Assembly: GCA_040222015.1 (NCBI GenBank)
Contig: JAVJWO010000216.1
Location: 32,001-96,000, forward strand
DNA length: 64,000 bases
From: Coleofasciculus chthonoplastes F2-STO-03
Lineage (GTDB): Bacteria > Cyanobacteriota > Cyanobacteriia > Cyanobacteriales > Coleofasciculaceae
Reading direction: 5' to 3'
Below the pieces are notes generated by a model that made no database searches, was not told the DNA's origin, and saw only the letters and a program-made list of their open reading frames with translations. Positions within the stretch are counted from its first letter, which is position 1; every line of letters begins with the position of its first letter. Position numbers and translations under genes: made by a program. Positions 30,142 to 39,413 of this stretch are shown here, one piece after another.

Positions 30142-31488
30142 TTAGTTTACTCGCCGTGCAAAGCCATTCAACACTAAATTTGGCTTAAAGGGAGCAAACT
30201 TTTTCATATCCCATTCTACACCAGAAACGGAACGCCATTGATAGTGCTTGAATGCATATAAACAGAACAGTTTTACAATCGCAATCGATAGGGCTCTGCC
30301 CGGACAGTTGCGTTCCTGATTCGAGCCATTCCAGGATAAGAGATCGCTGTAATCTCGTGTAGTTTTAAATGTATCTGGCTCTTCATATTTGTCAGGATCG
30401 CGATTCGCCGTAAACAGGGAAGCGATTAGACGAGTTCCCTTTTGGAATGGACATCGCTGACCGCCAATTTCTACTTCCATCGGTTCGGTAGACATTTGAT
30501 TGAGAAAGCGAACGGGTGGATAAAGACGTGCTGTTTCAAAAATTACCTTTTCGGTTAATTCGAGTTGGGATAAGGTTCGGGCGTTTGGGGGAGTTTGACC
30601 ATCCCAAACGGTATCGATTTCAGCACTAACATTTGCTCTTAAGGCTTCATCTTGACATAAAACACCGAACACAGAGGCAAGGAGATCACTGGTTCCAGCA
30701 CTTCCGGCAACGTGGATCATATCAAACAGATTGTTGGCGACTTGTTGTTCATTTAACTGATACGACGCCCCGAACTCTAGATAATCTTGATACTTGGGAG
30801 ATTTTTTGTAAGTGTCTACTAACCCTTGGCGATGCTGAATGTGCGATCGCGTCTTATTCCTCAACAGTGTATTATGAATAAGATTGGGAACAGTCGCTAA
30901 TCCTAACCCTCCAATATAACCAACTGAGCCAGCAATTTCTTCCTCAGATAATTTGAGGTCAAGAATCAGTTCGTGTAATAGGGCGACGATCATTTTGGGT
31001 AAGTCGATTTTAACATCGATTATTCCCTGCTTGGTCGCTGTAGCTAGTCTTGTATCGACTAGCTGTGCCAGTGTCTCTGTCGTTTCTTCGGGTTCCGGTA
31101 AGGCGTGAAAAAATAACGCTCGGATTCCTGTATGTTCATCACCATTGGTTCCTAAACATAAGGGATGACCGAGAAAATAACTGCGAGCATTGATTTTCAA
31201 GGGTCCCAAATAATTATCCCGTTGCTGAGGTGTGGTTTCAACCAGTCTTTTGGCGTCAGCGTAGGAGGTATGGATGATTCCCTGATCCAAACCCAGAAAT
31301 TTATCGGAGATCCGTTCCTTCCGCACATACAAATAATCTCGCCATTGCTTGGTTAGTACCGGAAGGTCTAAAAAATAAGCCCTTAAACGAATGACTTTGC
31401 CAAGGGGATTGTTCTGACCAATTTTTGCCAAGAGGCGCGAGAACTTGAGTTGACGCTCATGGACTTCGAGTATTTTTTGATTGTCCAT
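30142..31488 (-). CDS. Atypical cytochrome P450 (candidate fatty-acid hydroperoxide-metabolising, CYP74-clan-like)
   Basis: ETARLYPPV (ExxR), ANRDP..Y.EPD.F, heme Cys in LSWNGSNQERNCPG; I-helix AGSAGT lacks the acid-alcohol pair. Confidence 0.85.
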   Translation of the reverse strand: MDNQKILEVHERQLKFSRLLAKIGQNNPLGKVIRLRAYFLDLPVLTKQWRDYLYVRKERISDKFLGLDQGIIHTSYADAKRLVETTPQQRDNYLGPLKINARSYFLGHPLCLGTNGDEHTGIRALFFHALPEPEETTETLAQLVDTRLATATKQGIIDVKIDLPKMIVALLHELILDLKLSEEEIAGSVGYIGGLGLATVPNLIHNTLLRNKTRSHIQHRQGLVDTYKKSPKYQDYLEFGASYQLNEQQVANNLFDMIHVAGSAGTSDLLASVFGVLCQDEALRANVSAEIDTVWDGQTPPNARTLSQLELTEKVIFETARLYPPVRFLNQMSTEPMEVEIGGQRCPFQKGTRLIASLFTANRDPDKYEEPDTFKTTRDYSDLLSWNGSNQERNCPGRALSIAIVKLFCLYAFKHYQWRSVSGVEWDMKKFAPFKPNLVLNGFARRVN

Positions 31489-31691
31489 CCTAATTCCTAT
31501 GGGTTTGGGTTGCTGGAAAGGGTTAATTTATAACTTTATCATCATACGTGTTGAACTTTATTGTGTTCGGCTCAATTTTGGCAAATAATCTCAACATTTC
31601 TTAATAAAATGAAGTGAGACTAAACCGACTTGAAAGATGAATAAAAATAGTATACAGTATAAATCTGTCCCAAAATGGAGCCAGTCGAGCC

Positions 31692-31877
31692 AGTTTAAAT
31701 GAGTTGTGAACACCAATAGGGCTGAAAATATTGCCCAGCAAGGAGCGCTATTTCACAACTGATTTAGAGGGAGCATCCAAATTTGGCACGTTGGCTCTTT
31801 AAATGGGGCTGAAACCCTTGCAATTGCTTTACTTGAGGTAATGCTTTGTCCAAAACGGGATGCTCCCGATTTAGACT
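31692..31877. mobile_element. Two nested MITEs; inner 99-bp element 31769-31867 flanked by an 8-bp target duplication
   Basis: Inner TIR GGGAGCATCC/GGATGCTCCC flanked on both sides by GATTTAGA; outer TIR AGTTTAAATGAGTTGTGAA / TTCACAACTGATTTAGACT. Confidence 0.8.
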
Positions 31878-32108
31878 CATCATCAATCATTGAATTTTCT
31901 CTAGTCCATGTATTGACAAATCTATTGCTATTTGCTAAAAAAGCCGCTTGTTTGTTGGTTATTGACCAATTGCTAATGGGTCAACAACTCATCGCCCTGA
32001 TCCGGCTTCAGCCTTGAGGCTATTTTATGAATAATTAGGGATTCCGGCATTATCCGAAACAAGACACCAATAAACTCGTAACCTTTCTTTTGACAAAAGG
32101 ATATCAAC

Positions 32109-34073
32109 ATGACCAAGACGCAAACGATTGTTCAAGAACTCTTACAAGTTTTAAAGCTCAGGCTAATTAACACGTCTAGCGTTCAGCAAAAACTCAAGAA
32201 AAAAGCGGCAAAACAACGATCGCAGTTAAGTAAAGTTGTGGGTCAGCTTGTCTTCAGTGACACCCAAAACCCCTTACATAATATGGAAGTGGAATTGTGG
32301 GATCGAGACATTGGCACGCCCGAAGATTATCTAGGGAAAGGGATAACGGATCGCAATGGGTATTTTGAGATTTACTATGATCCAGACCAAGCGGGGTTTA
32401 AGGACACCCCAGATTTAGAACTGAGAGTCATTGAAATTCGCAGCAGCTTCGATACCAACAATGAACTGGTGCTTACCAAGCGTCTCGCCTATACGATTAA
32501 AGGTCCTGATAATGTTACGCAAAAAGAGTATGACTTCGGCACTTGCACTGTTCCCTACTGGCTTTACAACGCCACCAACCCCTTCCCCCGCATTCTGTTT
32601 ACTGAGTTAGAGGGAACACCGGACGAAGATGCAATTGGTCGTAAACTACAAGGGTATGAAGCGGCAAATCATTTAACCCCAATTAAAGCCAAGCACGTTA
32701 TCAAAAATACGCTCAATCCGAATCAACCCTCTCTCCAGGAAATTCAAGCTGATTATCCACCCAATTCAACGATTGAACTAGAGCGAAAAAATCCGCGCTA
32801 CACCCGAAGTGATGAATTTTTTGGACTACGGGTTCTCAATGGGATGAATCCCTGCTTACCGAAAAAAAATAAGAGTAAGCCGAATGAGTACAAGGTTACG
32901 TTTAACTGGGATACTTACGAAAAAGATCAGATTCATGACCTGCACAACGTCGATGCGACGTTTGAGGTCAAAGATGGCAAGTTATTACCCACTTCGATTA
33001 CCATTCAAAGCCGATATCCTGATTCCTACGCTCCATTTTCTCCCCTGAAAGAACCGATTACCTATACCCCCAATGACGGCGAGAAATGGTTGCAGGCAAA
33101 GCGAATTTTCCGCACCAACACTTTCTTCGCGGCTGAGCTGATTGAACATTATATTAAAGCTCATTTACAGATGGAGCAATATACAGTTGCGGCTTTCCGT
33201 AACTTGAGAAAAAATCCCCTCCGTCTGATGTTAATTCCTCATCTCAAGAGCTTGATTAATATCAATCGACGGGCGGATACGGTATTGGTAGACCCAAATG
33301 AGGGCTATGTTGTCACGGCTGGTCCCTTGATTCCAGAAAGTGTGGTGCAGATTTGTCATGAGAGCATGTCGCAGTTGGATTGGAAAGGGTGGCAACCGCG
33401 TCAGCCGTTATGTGAAACGCATACCTTTGCTAAGATTGCTAATCTCTATTGGCAGCTTTTGACGGAATATATTGATGTCTTTTTCCAAACGTATCAGGAT
33501 GAGATTGAACGCGAATGGATTGAAATTCATCGGTTATCGGATGACTTGGTTAACCATAGTGTGGCGTATGAACCAGGAAAAGATGGTGGCGGCGACGATG
33601 GGTATGAATGGTATGATACCAATGAACTGACTCAGCCGAATAATTCCCGCCGCACCATCAATGGCAGTCTGAAAGTGGTGAGTCCGGTGACGCTATCGGA
33701 TAAACCCGATGCCAATGATATGGAATACTTAAAACAGTTCTGTCGGTTTGTGATTTTCCACGTAACCCTGTGGCATTCCTGGGTTAATGATTCCCAAACA
33801 GATGCTGGAGGAGAAGTCTTGTATAGTTCTCTCGGACTGCGGAATGGTAGTTTTGGGAATGAGGATGATCCGACAATTGCTCCAGATTCAGGAGAAGCGA
33901 CGCAACTGCTTTATTTGGTGAATGTGTTAACGGCGATTAAGTATGGATACATCATCAAGAATGAAGATGGGGATATTCCCGCCGAATTTCGCACAATTCT
34001 GTCAAATCACAAGCAAGATTTTGCCCAACTGGATTTTGATGTGAATAACATTAGAGCGCTGATTAATGTTTGA
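32109..34073 (+). CDS. Lipoxygenase-family protein with N-terminal transthyretin/carboxypeptidase-regulatory-like domain
   Basis: R.LNGMNP, W.QAK, EHYIKAHLQMEQ (two Fe His), PHLKSLININRRA, HSWVN, C-terminal INV carboxylate ligand. Confidence 0.88.
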   Translation: MTKTQTIVQELLQVLKLRLINTSSVQQKLKKKAAKQRSQLSKVVGQLVFSDTQNPLHNMEVELWDRDIGTPEDYLGKGITDRNGYFEIYYDPDQAGFKDTPDLELRVIEIRSSFDTNNELVLTKRLAYTIKGPDNVTQKEYDFGTCTVPYWLYNATNPFPRILFTELEGTPDEDAIGRKLQGYEAANHLTPIKAKHVIKNTLNPNQPSLQEIQADYPPNSTIELERKNPRYTRSDEFFGLRVLNGMNPCLPKKNKSKPNEYKVTFNWDTYEKDQIHDLHNVDATFEVKDGKLLPTSITIQSRYPDSYAPFSPLKEPITYTPNDGEKWLQAKRIFRTNTFFAAELIEHYIKAHLQMEQYTVAAFRNLRKNPLRLMLIPHLKSLININRRADTVLVDPNEGYVVTAGPLIPESVVQICHESMSQLDWKGWQPRQPLCETHTFAKIANLYWQLLTEYIDVFFQTYQDEIEREWIEIHRLSDDLVNHSVAYEPGKDGGGDDGYEWYDTNELTQPNNSRRTINGSLKVVSPVTLSDKPDANDMEYLKQFCRFVIFHVTLWHSWVNDSQTDAGGEVLYSSLGLRNGSFGNEDDPTIAPDSGEATQLLYLVNVLTAIKYGYIIKNEDGDIPAEFRTILSNHKQDFAQLDFDVNNIRALINV

Positions 34074-34357
34074 TGGATATTGTATCCAGTCTGTGGGGGC
34101 GCAATGCATTGCGCCCTTTATTTAATTGCGCCGTTGACCCCAGCGAATTTCCAAATTATGCCCAGCATTAATATCGGTGGGTTACGGCGGAGAGTTCATT
34201 GAATGGTTATCGCCTCAATTAAAGTCCCGCCTAACCCACCCTACGGTTATGGCGCATTTTCAACCAGGATTTAGTTACCTAATGTTACGTTGGCAAAAAA
34301 CTGAGTCCCAGGTCATGTACGGTTATAGATGAACCCCTACTCAGTTGGTGTTCGCCA

Positions 34358-35122
34358 ATGCCTTCCTCGATTTCTCCTCTATCCCAGCCAGAACCGGAAA
34401 ATACATGTCCGGATTGCCTGTATATGACATTGGCAGGGATTCCGGTGCAACCTGTAGAACATCCTGACTATCTGGAGTTTCTGCAACCGTTTCACAATCC
34501 CCAAATTGACCTGTATTTAACACTCAGGTTTAGCCAGCAGTGGGAATCTTTACCTCAAGGGCGGATTCAATTTGGACTCAAAGGGGGAGCATTAAGACTG
34601 AGGGTAGAGGGGGGTGAGATTCCTTATGAGTCTCGGATTATGGGTTCTATGGAATTGGTTCTGCCAACGGTTGAGACGGATTCCCCAGCCAATCGTCCTA
34701 GCCGCGATCGCACTTCACCTGAGTTCGATATGCCAACCTTTGATTCGCAGGAGAATGGAGCAACCGAACCACAATTACAGAAGCGTCAAACCGATTATCA
34801 TTCGATTTGTCACATTACTACAAAAGTAACCGAAGAAAACCCCGCCTGGATTTTTGAAGAAGAACGGGGACAGCCCGTTTTAAATGGCTGGCTGAACCAA
34901 GTCAAACTCGGCACATTGAATGTCTCTGCCCTTCCTTGTCGTTTGGACGCCACATTTGAAGTATCGCGACGAGATATTTGTTTGACTCAAGTTGACCGAT
35001 TGTGGAGTCCGGAGATTAGTCGCAATAAACAGGCGGTGCTAGACAGACTAATTATTCAGCAGTTGTTGGAACGTAAATGTAAGCCCTATCTCAGTCGAGT
35101 TGAGTTGCACTATGATGGATGA
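34358..35122 (+). CDS. Conserved cyanobacterial hypothetical protein, overlapping the pentapeptide gene
   Basis: 254-aa ORF (GRIQFGLKGGALRL, NPAWIF, ISRNKQAVL); stop overlaps the next ATG. Confidence 0.75.
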   Translation: MPSSISPLSQPEPENTCPDCLYMTLAGIPVQPVEHPDYLEFLQPFHNPQIDLYLTLRFSQQWESLPQGRIQFGLKGGALRLRVEGGEIPYESRIMGSMELVLPTVETDSPANRPSRDRTSPEFDMPTFDSQENGATEPQLQKRQTDYHSICHITTKVTEENPAWIFEEERGQPVLNGWLNQVKLGTLNVSALPCRLDATFEVSRRDICLTQVDRLWSPEISRNKQAVLDRLIIQQLLERKCKPYLSRVELHYDG

Positions 35123-36194
35123 ACGTTTTTTTAGCCAACTCCAAGCCCTAATTCAGAAGGTTGTCACCGCCAAAACTGAAAATTTAGCTCAACTGGCGGC
35201 AATGGTGGGTCTGAATTTGGCACGAGATTTCGCCGAGTCTAATCTCAGAGATACGAATCTGAGAGGGGCTAACTTGGTGAAAGCCAATCTTAGAGGTACT
35301 GATTTGCATGGCGCTAACCTGATGAAGGCGAGGCTGTGTGGGGCGGATTTGCGCGGGGCGGATTTGATTCAGGCTAATCTGTGTGGGGCGGATCTGAGAC
35401 AGGCAAATCTGCGTGGTGCGGTGTTGTCGAATGCGGATCTAACTCAGGCAAACTTAGAGGGGGCGAACCTCACTGATGCTAATTTACAGGGGACAACGCT
35501 GAACTATGCCAATCTGAAAATGGTTGATTTGAGAGGTGCTCATCTCTACCAGGCTTATCTCTATGCCGCTAACTTGAGTGACGCGAAACTTAGGGGAGCT
35601 AATCTGGGAAAAACTGACCTGAGAGAGGCGAACCTGAAGCAGGCTTCGATTATTCGTGCTTATTTGGGAGAGGCTAATCTGCAAGGTGCTGATCTTGACG
35701 GCGCGAATCTGAGTGAATCGGATCTGAGTCAAGCGAAACTCAATCGTGCAAAATTGCGGAATACTCAGCTACGGAATACGGATTTTAGCCTCAGCGATTT
35801 AAATCAGGCAACTCTAATTCGCGCCAATGCGAGCCATGCTCACCTAATTCGCGCCAACTTACGGGGCGCAGATTTGATTCGCACGAATCTCACTGGGGCT
35901 GACTTACAAGGAGCAGATTTGAGTTTGGCTGATCTGAGTTTGGCGAACCTTTATCTGGCGAACTTAGGCAATGCAAACTTAATTGGCGCTAATTTGAGCA
36001 TTGCTGAACTCGGCGGCGCGAATCTGAGTCGAGCCAACTTGAATCAGGCAGATTTGAGAGGGGCAAATGTAGAAAATGCCGAGTTTGCTGGCAATCCGGG
36101 ATTATCTGATGAGATGAAACGGGTATTAAAACGGCGGGGTGCTATCTTGACCGAGGTAAAGAGCGATCGCGTGGGGGCGTTGGCGTCTCGGTAA
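35112..36194 (+). CDS. Pentapeptide repeat protein
   Basis: Long A(N/D)Lxx repeat tract. Confidence 0.95.
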   Translation: MMDERFFSQLQALIQKVVTAKTENLAQLAAMVGLNLARDFAESNLRDTNLRGANLVKANLRGTDLHGANLMKARLCGADLRGADLIQANLCGADLRQANLRGAVLSNADLTQANLEGANLTDANLQGTTLNYANLKMVDLRGAHLYQAYLYAANLSDAKLRGANLGKTDLREANLKQASIIRAYLGEANLQGADLDGANLSESDLSQAKLNRAKLRNTQLRNTDFSLSDLNQATLIRANASHAHLIRANLRGADLIRTNLTGADLQGADLSLADLSLANLYLANLGNANLIGANLSIAELGGANLSRANLNQADLRGANVENAEFAGNPGLSDEMKRVLKRRGAILTEVKSDRVGALASR

Positions 36195-36368
36195 CTGGAT
36201 GCGAGGTACTCTTTTTTCCAGGTTGTGCGATCGCGAAGTTACGGCTACGTCTTCATTGTCCCTACTGTTCTAGAGGGTCTATAGGAGCGCACATTTTCCC
36301 ATGGTAAAAAAGTACCTGAACCAACCCAAAAAGTCAAGGGCTGACTCAATTTTTCCAAGGTGTATCGC

Positions 36369-38867
36369 TCAAACCTGAGAAGAGGGTTGACAACTCAGAG
36401 CCGCTTGAGGATAAGCAATCCGCTGGTGATTACACTGTTGCCAAACTTTGACAAAGACTTCCGCCGTAGTCAATAATTCTTCTTTGGTTAACCCCGAATC
36501 AACTAACTGATTATCTTGCCATCGGGCTTTGAGGATTTTCTTAACCGTGATTAAAGCCGTATCCGGGGTAACATCCTTAAGCGATCGCAGCGCCGCTTCA
36601 CAGGCATCGGCTAACATGACAATCCCAGTTTCTCGCGACTGAGGAATCGGTCCATCATAGCGAAAGTCTGCTTCTTGCACCGAATCTCCCCCCTTTTCCT
36701 GAGCGCGTTGCTTGGCTTGAAAGTAAAAATAGGAAATCAGCAGTTTACCTTGGTGTTCGGGAATAAAATCCCGAATGGCTTTCGGTAACTGATGTTTGCG
36801 AGCCATGACCAACCCTTCAGAGACATGCTTTTTAATAATCTCGGCACTCTTACGGGGGTTGTTAATTTGATCATGTTTATTAGGACCGCCCATTTGATTT
36901 TCAATAAATCCCAACGGATCATGCATTTTGCCAATATCGTGATACAAAGTACCTGCCCTCACCAGTTCCACATTACAGTGAAGTTCACGGGCGGCGGCTT
37001 CGGCTAACGAGGCAACAAACAAGGTATGTTGGAATGTTCCTGGCGCTTCCGTGGCTAACCGTTTGAGCAATGAACGGTTGGGATTGGACAACTCCGCTAA
37101 ACGAATTGGCGTCACCAAATCAAACAAGCGTTCTAGATAAGGAGAGAGTCCCAGTGCCACAATACTCCAGGCTAACCCCGATACCCCGTAGAGAGCTGCA
37201 CCCGGTAGCACCGCGTACCAAATTGTGCCAGCACTGGCACTCATAATCAGATTCAGGACGAGATGAACGCTGCCCTGGGTCAATCCCACGATACCGCCTA
37301 ACAACGCCAATTCCTCCCGCGATCGCATCCGTCCGGCAACTAACGCCCCCACCAAACCCCCGGTACCACCCGCGATTAAAAATTCCCAGCTCACCTCCAT
37401 GCTAAATGTGACCAAGCCGGTCAACAGTGTCACCACAGTCGCACCCAAGCTTGACCCATAGAAACTCCCCACTAACAACCCAATGGCGGGCAGGCTATTA
37501 TATTGCCCCCCCAATAGTGCCAAGATGGGTGTACTTAAACTCAACAGCAGCACCAAAATATGGTCGCGTCGCCGCAGGGGGGGATGAACTTGACGTTCGA
37601 CCAACCAAAAAATACCAACTCCCCCGGTAACCAAACCGCCAAATCCAATCAGCCCGATCCAGTTAATTTCGCGACGACTCAAGCCATAGTAATCCAGCAG
37701 AACAAAATCCGCCTGGGTAATTTCCTCGCCCGCTTCGACAATGACTTCTCCTGCTTGAGCCGTCACCATCACTGGATCTACCGATCGAGCGGCTTGTTCT
37801 GCCCGACGTTTGGTTTGTTCTGTATCTTCAATTAGATTGGGCTTTAAGTTAGAGGTCAGCAGTTCCAGGGCTAAGGGTTGTGCCTCAGCCGGAATCAGCG
37901 TACTCACCTGCACCGCTACCGCATTGTCTAATAGATCCGAGGGCAATCCCGGCGGAATTCCTTGGGTCAGAATGTGGCGAGTGGCATCCTGAATTCCCTG
38001 TCGAGTTTTCTGCCAAGCGGAATCAGGCAGATCGAGTACGGATGCATCGTAGGCAGGAGTTGAGTCCGGGGTTACACTTGATGACAGTTGAGCCACTGCC
38101 TTTTGGTAACCCTGACGAGCTTTACTGGCTGTCTGCATCAACTCAGAGAAGGCTGGAGTAGACGCTACTTGACGGTAACTTTGCAATTCGCTTACCGCTT
38201 GGATAAACTCCCGAGTCAACGGTTTTTTCTCTCGGTTCGGGATAACCACTCCAGGCTCAAAGGGGTTGACCGGAGCATTATCTTCGACGAAAGCAACAAT
38301 AGCTTGCCATTCCCAGGCTTCACTCTGGCGCAGATACTGCTGGGTGGCGGCGGACAAGACGGAGGTTGGCACAAACGGAAACGAACCACTCATTTCTCGC
38401 CATTGGTCTATTTTGTCCAATGATTGTTGTAGGTTTTGATCCATCTCTTGGGTCAAAGATTTGTCAATCATTAAAACGGGGAACGAACCCGTCTGAGCCT
38501 CTTTGCGTTTTTCTTCTGTGGTTTTTGTGTCCTCAACACTGGCGTCAAAGCGAGCGCGGATGGTATAGGGGGCGTCCCTACCAACATCGAGGGTTGGTTG
38601 ATTGTAAAAACGGTTTCCCATCACGCTGGTGAGAGAAACGACGGCTAAGACAAACATGACGGGTGAACGTCCTTGCCGCTTTGCTGATGGTGGTAGATTG
38701 CCTTTTGTCCCCAGGAAGGAAAGGGTTTGTTTTAACGGATGACCTGGCTTTTTTTGCTCAGGGGAAAGATGACCATCAGATCCGAGGAATGGAAGGATGG
38801 TACGAAATTGCTCAGATTTTTGCCGCAGGTGGTTTAGCTGTTGCGTCAACGAGTGGAGCGTTTTCAT
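36369..38867 (-). CDS. 7TM-HD (HDIG) metal-dependent phosphohydrolase, PgpH-like
   Basis: Extracellular domain, 7TM region, APGTFQH, YHDIGK, EHQG, FRYDGP.PQ.RE.GIVMLAD. Confidence 0.92.
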   Translation of the reverse strand: MKTLHSLTQQLNHLRQKSEQFRTILPFLGSDGHLSPEQKKPGHPLKQTLSFLGTKGNLPPSAKRQGRSPVMFVLAVVSLTSVMGNRFYNQPTLDVGRDAPYTIRARFDASVEDTKTTEEKRKEAQTGSFPVLMIDKSLTQEMDQNLQQSLDKIDQWREMSGSFPFVPTSVLSAATQQYLRQSEAWEWQAIVAFVEDNAPVNPFEPGVVIPNREKKPLTREFIQAVSELQSYRQVASTPAFSELMQTASKARQGYQKAVAQLSSSVTPDSTPAYDASVLDLPDSAWQKTRQGIQDATRHILTQGIPPGLPSDLLDNAVAVQVSTLIPAEAQPLALELLTSNLKPNLIEDTEQTKRRAEQAARSVDPVMVTAQAGEVIVEAGEEITQADFVLLDYYGLSRREINWIGLIGFGGLVTGGVGIFWLVERQVHPPLRRRDHILVLLLSLSTPILALLGGQYNSLPAIGLLVGSFYGSSLGATVVTLLTGLVTFSMEVSWEFLIAGGTGGLVGALVAGRMRSREELALLGGIVGLTQGSVHLVLNLIMSASAGTIWYAVLPGAALYGVSGLAWSIVALGLSPYLERLFDLVTPIRLAELSNPNRSLLKRLATEAPGTFQHTLFVASLAEAAARELHCNVELVRAGTLYHDIGKMHDPLGFIENQMGGPNKHDQINNPRKSAEIIKKHVSEGLVMARKHQLPKAIRDFIPEHQGKLLISYFYFQAKQRAQEKGGDSVQEADFRYDGPIPQSRETGIVMLADACEAALRSLKDVTPDTALITVKKILKARWQDNQLVDSGLTKEELLTTAEVFVKVWQQCNHQRIAYPQAALSCQPSSQV

Positions 38868-39084
38868 AGCAGAAGAGTTGCCTTTTTAGGTGAGCGGTAG
38901 CGGTGAAACCGCGAGGCAGACAGGTGGGGATTTGCGGTCAGTTCATCGAAAATTGGGGTTGGTAAGATTTGAAGTCCCTACCGCCTTGGGTCTACTCACT
39001 AGGCGTGACATTTTGCATTTGTATGCCAGCTTGGGCAGTTACAAGCTCAAAGCTTTCGACCTGTACGCATAAGGGTTGTTTGAT

Positions 39085-39332
39085 TGGGCTTGCGCCCCTC
39101 CCGTTTCCGGGGTGATGTTTGCCTCGCCAATGTTAACGGTCGGTACTTTCCAAGTAGCACTGGCTTAACCCCTTAGACCTGTTTAACCACTTGGTTCTAG
39201 AGCTACAGACTGGCACGCATCCGTAGGTAGGACTTTTAACTCTTGCCGTTAACGTAGTGCGCTAAGCACTTAGGACTGGTCAGGTATAGGCTTTTTCAAG
39301 GCCCCGGAACTTATAGCCGTGGGGTTCCTGAC
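39085..39332 (-). ncRNA. HEARO / IscB omega-RNA scaffold, orphan (no IscB ORF follows)
   Basis: Minus strand reads GTCAGGAACCCC..CCGGGGCCTTG..CTGACCAG.CCTAAG..ACTACGTT..GGATGCGTGCCAGT..GCTCT..GGTTAAACAG..CCAGTG..CATTGGCGAGGCAAACATCACC followed by two hairpins, the characteristic motif order. Confidence 0.85.
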
Positions 39333-39413
39333 TGGGTTTCAGTTAGTCGGCTGTAATGTTTGAGTTTAGCTCTTTTTAGCTGACAAAACATGGCTTATCC
39401 ACCTATCTATAAC

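Noticed and set aside
34358..36194. Possible frameshifted single gene (hypothetical + pentapeptide)
   Set aside because: The ATGATGGATGA overlap looks like ordinary translational coupling; no slippery site seen
38890..39072. 60-aa ORF as a possible IscB remnant
   Set aside because: Wrong strand relative to the omega-RNA and no PLMP/RRXRR/HNH motifs
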